Source of the DNA: Diplonema japonicum
Lineage: Eukaryota; Protista; Euglenozoa: Diplonemea
NCBI GenBank assembly: GCA_964019335.1
Contig: OZ025666.1
Coordinates: 496,001-560,000 of the forward strand
Length of the DNA stretch: 64,000 nt
Direction: 5' to 3'
Of this stretch, positions 10,701-21,160 are shown one piece after another. The position numbers were made by a program, and so were the translations under genes. The first letter of the stretch is position 1. Each line of letters begins with the position of its first letter. Under the pieces are notes generated by a model. It did not search any database and was not told the origin of the DNA. It saw only the letters and a program-made list of their open reading frames with translations.

Positions 10701-11841
10701 AACGGCCGTACGCAGGTGGCTACCGCTAGTAGAGAAGAAGTGGCAGTTCATGGAGGGCCTGTACGAGAAGTCGGCGCACGAGAGGAAGCACCAGGTGAGG
10801 GAGGTGCTGAGACCTGCTATCATGAAACAACTCGTAAGCTGTCGGCCAACGTTTGAGGACGCAGAGAAGGGGGCACATCCTCTTACGAACAGCATGTGGA
10901 GAAAAACACTGGCCAGACACCCGCTAAGTGCTTTCAGAACGAGGAGGGTCATCTGTGGAGCGATCTTCACGGTACACCCAAAAGTATGGAGCAAGAAGCT
11001 TGATGTGGCAGACAAGCTCACATGTGATGTCTGCGACCACCAGGCGGAGACGACGGAGCAGATCACAGAGCACGCGCTGTGGGAGTGTGCCCCTGCGAGA
11101 CAAGCGCAGCAGGAAAGTGTGTACGCGGAGGTCAAAAGAGAAGGGCTGCCGAAAGCAACGGCGCTACACGGTGTAGTGGTGAGAGGAACGGGAGCGGAAG
11201 TGCAGAAACAAGCGCGACTGGTGCAGAGCTACCTGGTGCGAGTGGTGGCGTTGCGTGACAGTAGAGCAGCGGAGAGGACGGTGCATGTTATAAGACCATA
11301 TCCTTGGAAAGAGACGACGACCGGAACAAGATGCCAGGTACCGACGGAGGAGATGCTTGTTGCGCACGGAGCAACGGGTGAGATACTGAAAAAGCAGTTG
11401 AAACATGTGCTACCCTGGCTGCAAGGTCTGAGGTGGTACCTAGGATCGAAAAAGACGTCAATCACCACGATGGAGCTGGCAATTGATTTTGAGATGACGA
11501 CCGGTATATCCTTATACGGGGAACATGGGGAGAGCAGTCTGTTGGAGAGAAAAGCCGCACGTCTGCGGTACATCCTCAATAGAGTGCAAGCATGTGCGGC
11601 AAAGGGCAACAAAAGCGGCTTCCCGGCAAGAAGGATGACCAGAGTACACTCCCTGAGAAACCTGGGCGCACCAGCGATGCATGGCTACGACAAGAGACCC
11701 CTGTTCTCGTCAACCCAAACAGCCCCCTATTTGGAGGGACTGCGACCGATGTTCTTAGCGCAGATGCCGTCCATGACGGACAGGCAAACCCCGACGGCCG
11801 GCACCAGGATGCAACCGCAGAATGGTGACAGGCACGTGTAG
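7759..11841 (+). CDS. Retrotransposon ORF2: apurinic-like endonuclease, reverse transcriptase, CCHC zinc finger, C-terminal domain
   Basis: SLNVG, CLQE, GDMN, RIDY (APE); PGVDG, RPIT, QHGFR, DFVKCFD, GILQGCPIS, YADD (RT); CDVC..HALWEC. Confidence 0.96.
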   Translation: MSGGAECGIPHDSLTITSLNVGSLANKIEGVLAMGSDITCLQEVKLTSVGQEMMTRHVEQDGRFSPLWGEPRPGIVVDGQESPNKAQRGGVGLMVQKNRPTILQKAASAKEDGRWLHAMVNLDGRDTWLHLFVVYCHSGHQNKTKRERLLDKILNEMRSLLGEVPIMVLGDMNTEVQDSPVLQQAVANDWVDAAALQALDEDKGPEHTFVRQATNTRTRIDYALLNPIAAAGLQRTWVHDTVHTNEHRCLSVKICIPGIKQRTFRYFVPKELPMKRDDELAERLLQEAGYDELCQEGDTDKLYTKLADLTERYGVTGVEQQRPYRGRAAVNKPVERCITAKSARGAIGAVVGKQKAASAIMRKTRHLDKELTTVLRNGSIGALANATMNTWKNVCEGVRKLDWNLETERDLLKGDLDEAQIEVQRLDEALAQRVRELDKRARMRREAKYEERLNTHFREERRRMTAFVRNSQTAGAQAVANSEGAMTADLREMDGMMHEEWDRIFCLYEEGGEPKYQDFKERYGAYIEKNEMALLPLTGSDLREVLMKKTKKTSPGVDGWRMAELRAMPQVLLDAWAKMFNVIEVSGRWPEALLTALVTLVPKGGEKTPLNHRPITVTSAVYRLWACARLQNIIPWQEGWIHPTQHGFRPKRGTDSLLMELSTQLEEALLHQIPLNGLALDFVKCFDRIPQEVAFGLMEDLGMHGRILRPLRGMYARMKRRFRFPIGVGREFRVTNGILQGCPISVIMVNAMVSVMVRCVTVEVPGAWSLSYADDAYLLAILRKALKAAAEKTVEFCNATGMLLNMDKSHAFTTKTDELEEKLECSDMSFKVKQEVKSLGVMLCTDGKHRLTKTKSAEDELARLGALPLTFHNKTEMLLGTVLPACLYGATYAEPSEDLLKRLRTAAAKALWGPHFTMRNPIALLSVALPGHTALPEAKVCYTAINCIAREGRGSEELWSRIKKIAQIYEDTELPAVGPVGTAVRRWLPLVEKKWQFMEGLYEKSAHERKHQVREVLRPAIMKQLVSCRPTFEDAEKGAHPLTNSMWRKTLARHPLSAFRTRRVICGAIFTVHPKVWSKKLDVADKLTCDVCDHQAETTEQITEHALWECAPARQAQQESVYAEVKREGLPKATALHGVVVRGTGAEVQKQARLVQSYLVRVVALRDSRAAERTVHVIRPYPWKETTTGTRCQVPTEEMLVAHGATGEILKKQLKHVLPWLQGLRWYLGSKKTSITTMELAIDFEMTTGISLYGEHGESSLLERKAARLRYILNRVQACAAKGNKSGFPARRMTRVHSLRNLGAPAMHGYDKRPLFSSTQTAPYLEGLRPMFLAQMPSMTDRQTPTAGTRMQPQNGDRHV

Positions 11842-11980
11842 GATCCCCCGTCCACGGTGGGCACCAACCAGCGCACCGCAAAAATAGATCGAGTTTTTTT
11901 TTTTTTTTCTCTTAGTTTAGTTGTTGCTGGTGAAATATGAAATGTTGCTGGTGAAAACCAGAAACAGGTTTTTTTTTTTC

Positions 11981-14900
11981 AAGGGAACACTGGGTTCGGA
12001 TAATCAAAAGTCACGACGACAAAAATGCCACCGCAAGGCCGAGGTGGAGCCTCCACGACGGCGGTTCCTGGGCGGGCTTCCTCTCATAAGGGGAAGTCCG
12101 GCGAATCCACCAGGCCGAAGACGAGGGAAGCGGTGCAGGATCTGGCCAATAGGCTGGAGGGTTGGAAGGTGATAGACACCGGAAGAAGGCAGGGAGAGTG
12201 CTTCTTCGAAGCGGTGTCGTACGCGGTGCACGGCGCGAGGGACGAGGCGGGGGCGCTGCGGGAGGTGGTGGCCTCTCATCTTCATGGGTGGAGCTAGGGA
12301 CCCCAATTCGCTCACAATCACAACTCTCAATGTGGGGTCCCTGAGCAATAAGGTGGACGAGGTGTTGGCCATGGAGAGCGAAATCTCGTGCTTGCAGGAA
12401 GTGAAGCTGACCGCACACGGACAACACATGATTGGGAGGCATGTTGAGGACAACGGCAGGTATCGTGCGCTGTGGGGAAACCCACAGCCCGGTATCGTGG
12501 TCGATGGACTTGCTGCTCCCGACAAAGCACAAAGAGGTGGAGTCGGCATACTAGTACAGCGGTGCAGGCCGGCGATAGTCAAAGCAGTCGCTTCGATGGA
12601 CGACGGCAACAGGTGGGTCCATGCTATGATCAACTTGGACGGACGAGACATGTGGCTCCACCTCATTGTGGTATATTGCCACTCGGGAAGTTACGGCAAA
12701 CACCAGCGTGAGACACTTTTGAACAAGGTGCTGAACGAGATGAGATGTGCCCTGGGAGATGTTCCTATCATCGTCGCGGGGGACCTAAACACCGAGGTGT
12801 CGCAATCAGGTGTACTACAGCAGGCGGTTGGGTGTGACTGGGTGGATGCAGCAGCAATGCAGGCCGAGAAAGACGGGGTAAGGCCGAGCCACACCTTTGT
12901 GAGGAGAGCCACTGACACAAAGACACGCATCGACTACGTCTTGATGAACCCGATCGCTGCGGCGGGACTACAGAAGGCGTGGGTCCACGACACGGTGTAT
13001 ACCAACGAACACAGATGCCTCTCCATCAAACTGTGTATCCCTACTCTCAAGAGCAAGACACGCAAGTACTTCATCCCGAAGGAACTGCCGGTGTCGACTG
13101 CTAGTGATGACCACGTGATTGAGCTGCTACAGGCGGAGAGATTCATCCAAAAACTTGAGGACATCGACGGCGCATACCGTGTGCTGGCTGACGTCTCGGA
13201 AAGACACTGCATCACAGGCGTGCCGATGGAGCAACAGAAGACTTTCCGAGGGAGGGGCGAGGAGCGCAAACCCAAGGAGAAATGCCTGTCGGCCAAGTCT
13301 GTAAAGGAAGCCACGGGCGCAGCGGTGGGTAGACAGAAGTCGATTGCCTGTTTGCAGAGGAAGCTTGCACACATCAGCGCGGAAATCCAGGTGATGATTA
13401 ACAAGGGACAAGTGTGCAACATGCCAGTAGTTCTGTTGAAGACTTGGGCGAATGCTCTGAGTTTGCTGGAGAAACTGCCGAACCCTCCAGTATTTGATAG
13501 GAACTTGCTGAAGGATGACCTGGAGTCGATTGTCACCAGACTTCAACTGCTAGACGACAACCTCTCCTCGCTACTACGCGAGATCGCAAAGGACACGAGA
13601 GTGGAGCGGGAGAAGAAGTACGAGGCGAGGATCAACCCCCAGTTCCAGGAGGAGCGGAGGGGGATGACCACCTTTGTGAAAAACACTTCTACGTCAGCGG
13701 CGCAAGCAGTGGAGAGCGGCGGAGTGCTGACCGCAGACCTCGACGAGATGGACAGGATGATGCACGCGGAATGGGACGGCGTGCTCCAGATGTACGGTGA
13801 AGGGCATGAAGAACCATCGTACGAGGCTTTCAAGGCTAGATACGGGCCATACATCTCGACGCATGACATGGTGCTCCAGCCACTGACAGGGGCTGATCTG
13901 AGAGCAGTTCTGGCCAAGAAATCGACGAGGACAGCACCGGGAGTTGATGGGTGGAGGATGGCAGAACTTCGCGCTATGCCAAATGTATTGTTGGATGCGT
14001 GGGCGATGCTCTTCAACGCCATCGAGGTGACAGGGAAGTGGCCGAAGGCACTCCTGACGGCGTTGGTTACGCTGATCCCGAAGGGAGGCGAGGACTCCGC
14101 TCAACCACCGCCCCATCACAGTCACGAGTGCGGTCTACAGACTGTGGGCCTGTGCCAGGTTGCGTGATATATCGCCATGGCAAGAGAAATGGGCGGACGA
14201 CTCGCAGCATGGTTTTCGACCACGTCACGGGACGGACAGCATCCTGATGGAGCTCAGCACGCAGCTGGAGACGGCGATGCTGACCAACACCCCTCTTAAC
14301 GGCATAGCACTGGACTTCGTCAAGTGCTTCGACAGGGTGCCACAGAAAGTAGCGTTCGGGCTTATGCAAGACCTGGGTTTGCACCAGAGGATACTGACCC
14401 CGCTCAAAGCGATGTACGCAGGCCTCAAAAGACGTTTCCGCTTCCCTACTGGCGTGGGTTCCGAGTTCCACGTGACAAATGGAATTCTCCAAGGGTGTCC
14501 AATCTCCGTCATCCTGGTGAACGCTCTGGTGTCAGTGATGGTGAAGTGCGTGATTGCTGAGGTACCTGGCTCGCGATCGCTGTCGTACGCGGACGACGCG
14601 TACCTACTTGCGCGTTTGGTCGAGGTACTCAAGAGAGCGACCAACAAAACAATCGAGTTTTGCGAGCGGACAGGCATGCGCCTTAACGAAAACAAGTCAC
14701 AAGCATTCTCGACGAAGGATGAGATCGGCCCTTGGTTGAAGTGCACAGGCTCATCGTTCAGAGTGACGAAGGGGATCAAGGCGCTTGGCGTGATCCTGAA
14801 CATGAACGGGAAACATAGTTTGGACAAGCTAAATTCCGCCGAAGGCCGTTTGTCCCGGCTTGGTGCATTGCCATTAAGCTTCGGGAACAAGGCGTCAATG

Positions 14901-16435
14901 CTGACGGGCACTGTGCTACCATCCTGTCTATACGGTACGACCTACGCTGCGCCGTCTGACAACCAGCTGAAGAAGCTCTGTACAGCGACGGTGACTTCCC
15001 TGGGGACCGCGCTTCAGGATGAGATCCCCGATGGCTGTGCTCAATGTGCTGTTACCTGGACACACAGCATATCCACAAGCGAAGATTGTTTACAACACGG
15101 TGAACTGCCTGGTGCGAGAAAGCCTCACCTCCCCACAACTGTGGCAGCGAGTCAATGAGATTGTTACACTGTACCGGGAGCGAGAGGACGACGAGGAGAG
15201 GGGGCCGCTAGGGGTCTTGCTGAAGAGGTGGCTACCCTTCCTGAACAAGGGGTGGTCCTTCATTGAAGGTTTGCGCGCTCTGGTGCCCAGTGCGAGACGC
15301 CATGAAGTAAGACAGGCGATCAGACCGGCTGTTGCAAAGGAATTGATCCACGGCAGGTCGTCTTTTGCTGGAATGGAAGCGGGTGCATGTCCGTCCACGA
15401 ACGCCTGATGGAGGAAGCTCCAGTCACGGAGACCGCTGATATCGTACAGACTGCGGCGGATCATCAGCGGTGCAGTGTTCACGGTACACCCTCGAGTGTG
15501 GGGGAAGCAATTGGATGAACGTGAGGGTGTGGAAAGCTCGTCTCTTGCGTGCGACGTCTGCGACCATCGATGCCAGACGACGACAGAAGTCACGGAGCAC
15601 GCCCTATGGGAATGTGCACCAGCGAGAGCTGCCCTGACAAACGAAAGATATGGCGGGATGACACGAAGTGACCTACCTGCAGTGACCGCCCTCCACGGGA
15701 TCATTCCAAGGGGCGCAACGGGGGCTGCGAAGCAACAGGCGGCAGTCGTGCAACGATACCTGTTGGATGTCGTGTCAAGACGAGAGACCGCCAGAGCGGC
15801 TGAACGGAGCACCAGAATCCTCACCACCAACCCGTGGGATGAGATCACAACGGGGAAGCAGCACACTGTGCCCACAGTGGAGCTGTTGAAATCGAACGGA
15901 GCGTCGGGAAAGGTCCTAATGTTCTACATGAAGAGCGTCCTCAGGTGGCTGAAAAGCCTAAGATGGTACGCAGGCAGGAAGTTGACGTCCGTCACGACGA
16001 TGGAGCTCGCAGTAGACTATGAGCAGGCAACCCGGCAGTCCTTGGCTGGACCCCTCGACGACCAGGACTGGCTCACAGAGAAGGCTGGAAGGATGCGATA
16101 CATCTTAGGACGTATTCAGAAATGCACAGCAAAGAGTGGGAAGAATGCTTTCCCCGCCAACGCAAAGACAAGGGTACACACCCTTCGACATCTTGGGGGC
16201 CCGACGACACACGGCTACGACAGGAGACCACTCTTCTCCTCGAGCCAAACCGCCCCCTACCTAGCACGACTCCAAGCAATGTTTCTCGCCCAGATGCCGT
16301 CCATCTCATCGCGACAAACAGCCACCGCAGGCACCAGACAGCAACCGCAGAACGGTGACCGATTAGTGTGAATTTCTCCCTGAACGGTGAGCACCCACCC
16401 GCACACCGAAATTTATCAAAAGTTTTTTTTTTTCT
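11981..16435 (+). mobile_element. Second family-A retrotransposon, decayed (short ORF1, disrupted ORF2)
   Basis: ORF 12025-12297 keeps only the OTU start (QGECFFEAV); ORF2 split over 12284-14167, 14160-15158, 15019-15408 and 15475-16371; ends PQNGDRLV*, stem-loop, T tail. Confidence 0.92.
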
Positions 16436-17251
16436 TCTTCTTCTTTTCTGTGATGATTTTATTTTGTCGTTCTTCCCAAACCCACGATGGCTTCGTCCCT
16501 TGGGTAAATGCGGAACAACATTTGCAAGAGCCTCCGACCTGATCTTTTCAGTGTGAAGAGAATATTGTCGTTGGTGCGTGTCTTGTGTCGTCGCCTGGCC
16601 CACAAGGGGAAAGAAAGTGAATTTCCAGATGAATATTTGTGTTCAGGTGTTTAAGTTATGATCCCCTCCTCTTTTGAGTTAAGAGAGAGAGCTTTCTCCC
16701 TTTCCTTCTTTAAATCCGAATCGGCAGTTATTCTCCCCCTCTAGAAACCTTTCTCTTCTTCTTTTTTCAATATTTCCGGTAAGTTTCAAAAAAGAACGAT
16801 CGGTTTTCTCATTTATACATACAGCTTTTTTTTTTTCTTTTTTTTTTTCTTGCAGTTTTCTATAAAACGAAAAGAGTTGAAATAAAAGAAAATGAAAAAC
16901 CCCACAATCCCCCGTAGGTATTAGTTACAAGTCCCGCAGAATAGAACGCGGTGAACGGGAAAGGGAAAGAAAAAAAGAAATGCCCCCAAAATGAAGTTCT
17001 TCAACGTGGTGCGGGTTTTTTAAAAACCATCACTTTTTTTTTTTTTTATATCTCAAACACAAAAACGCACGAATGGAAAAAAAAAAAAAAAAAAAAGGAA
17101 AGGGAAACCATACCCAACTCCCATTCTTGTTCCCTTCCCCCACAAAACCCCCATTTTTTATAGTTGCGGTCAGGTTCTTCTTCTTCTTCTTCTTTTCATT
17201 TATTAAAAAGTGTACAAAACATCATTTGTATTGTTACATAGGAAAAGGAAC

Positions 17252-18022
17252 ATGCCGGGCATAACAAGCGGTGGCGACTTTGCAGCACGGCTGCAGGGCA
17301 GATGGTCTTCAAAGAGGGACAAACACACCTACAGTGTGCGGAATAGCAACGTGGTCTGCGATACAACGGGGGGCCGCGCCCCGCTGGGGGCGGATGGTGT
17401 CCTCATGGGCTGCAAGGTAGAAAGGGTAACCGACGATTATGTGGAATGGAGCGACGGCGATGTGTGGAAAAAGGAACTTGAAATAGCTGCTATGGACAGT
17501 AAATGGCCATTTGGTAGGGTTCCAGGGGGCCCGGGTATCAGAGCTCAACTATCAGAGCAACGGGGAGACAGACGGAAGGTGTCTCCTGCGAGGAAGCACG
17601 ACCGGCAGCAATCTCCTCCACCTCCCTCTGGTACTCCTCCTAGACAGCGTTCTGGGTCGTATTCCAACACTTATGGGAATGTGTCGCCCATGGCTATCCC
17701 TGCTTCGGTGGTCCCATCGTATAGCGCAGCAGGAAGGTATGCTAGCCCGTTGCCGATTACCAAGCGGGATTCGCCGGTGAGGAGGCCGCCTACTATTATA
17801 TCTCCTCCAGCACAGATCGTCGACAGGCTGGTTGAACAGTACCCCCCGCAGGTCGACCCGATCCTCCCCTCGCCCGCCCCTCCCCCTCCTTCCTTTGACG
17901 CACGTGAGCTCGCTGTTTTGCAAAGAGACCGCCTCGCAGCAGTCGACGCCATCCGCCACCACACCGACACTGTCACCCGTATCGATGACAAGATCGCAAA
18001 ACTCCTTGCTTCCATCAAATAG
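17252..18022 (+). CDS. Hypothetical protein with N-terminal beta-domain (VEWSDGDVW) and Pro/Ser-rich region
   Basis: ATG at 17252 after pyrimidine tract, coding-like GC content, short C-terminal coiled coil. Confidence 0.7.
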   Translation: MPGITSGGDFAARLQGRWSSKRDKHTYSVRNSNVVCDTTGGRAPLGADGVLMGCKVERVTDDYVEWSDGDVWKKELEIAAMDSKWPFGRVPGGPGIRAQLSEQRGDRRKVSPARKHDRQQSPPPPSGTPPRQRSGSYSNTYGNVSPMAIPASVVPSYSAAGRYASPLPITKRDSPVRRPPTIISPPAQIVDRLVEQYPPQVDPILPSPAPPPPSFDARELAVLQRDRLAAVDAIRHHTDTVTRIDDKIAKLLASIK

Positions 18023-18237
18023 ATTTTTTTTTTTCTTTTCCTGCGACCCTCTTCCTCACTTTTTTTCTTCTTCTTTCGTCCTCTGTTTGTACCCCCTCCC
18101 TCCGGTTGTTAAAAGACTTGATTTTTTTTCTTTAATGATATGCTGTACTTTTTTTTTTTCTGTCTCCGCTCGTTTTATTATTATTTGTGTGCACAAAGAA
18201 GCCCTCTGATGCCACTCTCCTTGCAGGCGAGGGAGAA

Positions 18238-19413
18238 ATGATAAAGCACTTGATAAGCATCGCGCTGCTCAGCGTGGCAGTGGTGGAGGGTTGCGTGAGC
18301 AGCGCTGACTGCAACTGGGCGGGAAACTGCGTGGAGGGTGCATGCCAGTGTGTAAAAGGGTTCAAGGGAACCGGGTGCGCGGAGCTGAATCTGGGAGTCT
18401 CGTGGAGGTGTGGCGCTGGGGGGCTGTGCATGAAAGGGGAGTTCCACGCACACAACACGTGGGGCGGTGGTGTGGTGCGCGGCAGTGACGGGAAGTATCA
18501 CATGTACGCCACAATGATGAGTCTCGAGTGCGACCTCAACGCCTTCTTCACCAACAGCGAGCTTGTCCATGCAGTGTCGCCCACGCCGCAAGGCCCGTAC
18601 ACCCCCCACGACATGTCCCTCACCGCCACCCCAGCCCCCTCTTCAACGTGGGACGGCCTCATCCAAGGCAACCCGAATATCGTAACCGCCCCAGATGGTA
18701 CCTACCTCCTTTACTACCTTGGAAGCACTGCGCTTAGTTCCGCTCCTGTCAACTGCTCTGCAGGGAAGGTTCCTTCAAACCCAGGTGTTAGTGTGTGCAC
18801 CAGCAACACCACGCTCCCTTATCATGCTGTGTGCAGACAGAAGATCGGGTTGGCTTACTCGTCGTCCCCAAGTGGCCCGTGGACCCGCCCCGACGTGCCC
18901 ATCCTTACTGCGGGGGACAATGGTGCGTGGGACGACCTGTTCGTCACGAACCCTGCCGTCCATGTGTTCAAGAACAACTCCGCGTTGCTGATCTACAAGG
19001 CGAGGTCGTCGGAGCACGTGGGGGCCATGTACACGGGCGTCGCTTACGCGGAGCATTGGAAGGGGCCGTACACACGCCAGGCACCTTCGGTTCCCATCAA
19101 GGTTCCTACCGACTGCGAGGATGCAGGGATTTACTACAGCGAAGACATGGGGGTGTTCCGAATGCTGATGCACTGCTCTTGTAATTACATGTACTTGTGG
19201 TCAAAGGAAGGCACAACTTGGACATCAGCAACCACGCCCAACCCGTGGTGCGATGTACACTTCACTGACAACACGACAGAAGTCTTCTCCAGAAGGGAGC
19301 GGCCCCAGTGGGTCCTTGATGCCAACGGGACCCCTACCCATATTTCCACTGCTGTGCAAGGCACAGCCGACCCGGACAACAAGCAGTGGACGATGCTTAC
19401 AGAACTCGTGTGA
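18238..19413 (+). CDS. Secreted EGF-domain plus five-bladed beta-propeller glycoside hydrolase (GH43/GH117-like)
   Basis: Signal peptide; EGF CVSSADCNWAGNC..CQCVKGFKGTGC; propeller motifs WGG, DGKYHMY, GNPNIV, SPSGPW, TNPA, CED, RRERP. Confidence 0.8.
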   Translation: MIKHLISIALLSVAVVEGCVSSADCNWAGNCVEGACQCVKGFKGTGCAELNLGVSWRCGAGGLCMKGEFHAHNTWGGGVVRGSDGKYHMYATMMSLECDLNAFFTNSELVHAVSPTPQGPYTPHDMSLTATPAPSSTWDGLIQGNPNIVTAPDGTYLLYYLGSTALSSAPVNCSAGKVPSNPGVSVCTSNTTLPYHAVCRQKIGLAYSSSPSGPWTRPDVPILTAGDNGAWDDLFVTNPAVHVFKNNSALLIYKARSSEHVGAMYTGVAYAEHWKGPYTRQAPSVPIKVPTDCEDAGIYYSEDMGVFRMLMHCSCNYMYLWSKEGTTWTSATTPNPWCDVHFTDNTTEVFSRRERPQWVLDANGTPTHISTAVQGTADPDNKQWTMLTELV

Positions 19414-19585
19414 AGCCTCCTCCCCCCGTAAGCGAGGCAGAAGATGGTAACATAGTAAAGAACCACACGCTGTTCGAACGATCCATTCATCGAAGAACTT
19501 TACAAAAGAAGAGGGAAAGAATAAAAGTAAAATAGAAAAAATATATATAGATAGAAGAAAACGCTTCTGTTGAAATTCTTTATAT

Positions 19586-21160
19586 GGGTCGATTTCAAAA
19601 ACCCCCCCCCAAAATGAGGCCAATTGACACTTTCGTTGCATCTTTGGGCATGCCGCCCCCTTTAAAAAAAATTCTCCATATTTCCCGGCCCATATTAGGA
19701 AAGAACCCGGGTCAGAAATCGCTCAAGGGTGCTATTTTGACCTATGAAAAATTCAGTCTTAGGGTCAAAATCGGGTTTTAGTGGTTTTGGTAAAGTCAGA
19801 GATTATGCTTTCAATAGCAAGAAATAGCGAAACTCACTGCTAGAAGGTGGCTGAAATGATGTTGGAAGTGGAAACCTTCATTTCCTAGTCTTCTGCGGCT
19901 GAGATGTGCTGCTGCTGAGTGGGCGACCTCGTTTCTTTTTCATACTATTAGGCCTTCTACCGCATTTTGGGGGGGGTTTTAAGAGGCTCATTCATAGGTG
20001 TACTTGTGCTTTGGGCTTGTCATGGGGTGGCGAGTATTTTCGTAATTTGGTTACTATTCTTTCTCGTTTTTCAAGTCCGGGAAGGCTATCAGGAACGTCC
20101 TCATACTCATCACAAGATTCATAGACTGGGGGCCTTTTCTCTGCCCTGTCTGCATCGAGTTCTTTGATGATGTACTTTAGTTCCTTCTAGCTCGTGGACG
20201 CACACGTAGCAAAACACCCTCCGGTGTGCTCCTGAGCTCATATGCACCTGTAAAATCCGGAAACTCAAGAATTTTCTTTTTGTACGGGCCAAAGACATCA
20301 GTAACTACGGCACACTGTATCGTATTGGTGATGTTAGCTATTTGTTCCACAGTTTTAATTGTTGTGGAACGAGGCACCCAAAACCAAACACGAGAGAGCA
20401 CACCAAAGTGGCTGTCCCTGTTGTTTTTGCCGTGTTTCTCCCCCAGAAACCACAGGGAAAACGTCCGATCGGGATATACATAACGAAGACCTAAAAGAAC
20501 AAAGTAGCAAAATTCCTTTGCACGAAAGTGACGTCCACCGTCAGTCCAGAGTATCCACTCCATTTTTTTCTTTATTTTTTTCTGTGCCCATGCTACTGTG
20601 GAACAAGACTTTTCCAACAGTAAGGCCAGCTGCCCTTATTTCATCATGTGTGATGTGGTCAAGCCTCATGCCTCTGACCAATTGGCGCCGTGTGGTGTCT
20701 TGTTGGCTACTAAATCAACCAGAAAATGATAGCAGAAGTGCCGCTAGAAGTTCCCCTTTACACACTACGTCACAAACTAGTGCAGCACAGTCGTTGCCAC
20801 TGAGCTTCTCAAAAACCTCTGTGGCAAGTGTCCTGATCGCCGTGGTGTTCCCATTTACCCTTTCTCGGTCCGAATACCATTTTTTTTTACCCCTAGCTTC
20901 TCAACAGCAAGTTTAAAAGCATCCATTTTTGTCACTCCCTCTTTTACTCAATTTGTGCAAAGTGAAAAAACCCATTTTTGCCCCTAGGATTGAATTTTCT
21001 GGGTACTAGTAACACTCACTTTCCCATTTTCTGGGGTGTTTTCTTTCCTAACCTGGGCCGGGAAAGTTGTAGAATTTTTTTTCTTTGGGAAAAAGTACTT
21101 AGAGAAATATTGAAAGTGTCAATTGGCCTCATTTTGGGGGGGGGTTTTTGAAACGATGCC
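19586..21160 (-). mobile_element. TIR DNA transposon (Sola-like), internally decayed
   Basis: ~50 bp near-perfect terminal inverted repeats (ttcaaaaacccccccccaaaatgaggccaattgacactttc / gaaagtgtcaattggcctcattttgggggggggtttttgaa) with imperfect subterminal extension; ATAT on both flanks. Confidence 0.85.
20177..20617 (-). pseudogene. Transposase catalytic-core remnant
   Basis: WTDGGRHFR...FLGEKHGKNNRDSHFG resembles the SDG..F / HGK..D motifs of Sola-type DDD transposases; no full-length ORF. Confidence 0.65.

Larger units (their letters stand above)
5311..11908 (+). mobile_element. Full-length, apparently intact non-LTR (APE-type) retrotransposon, family A
   Basis: Two long open ORFs (OTU-like ORF1; APE-RT-CCHC ORF2), short 3' UTR with stem-loop, T-rich tail. 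Confidence 0.93.

Noticed and set aside
15406-15408. Recoded TGA in ORF2 of the second element
   Set aside because: The same copy has two frameshifts and element 1 has a sense codon at this position; decay or sequencing error is simpler.
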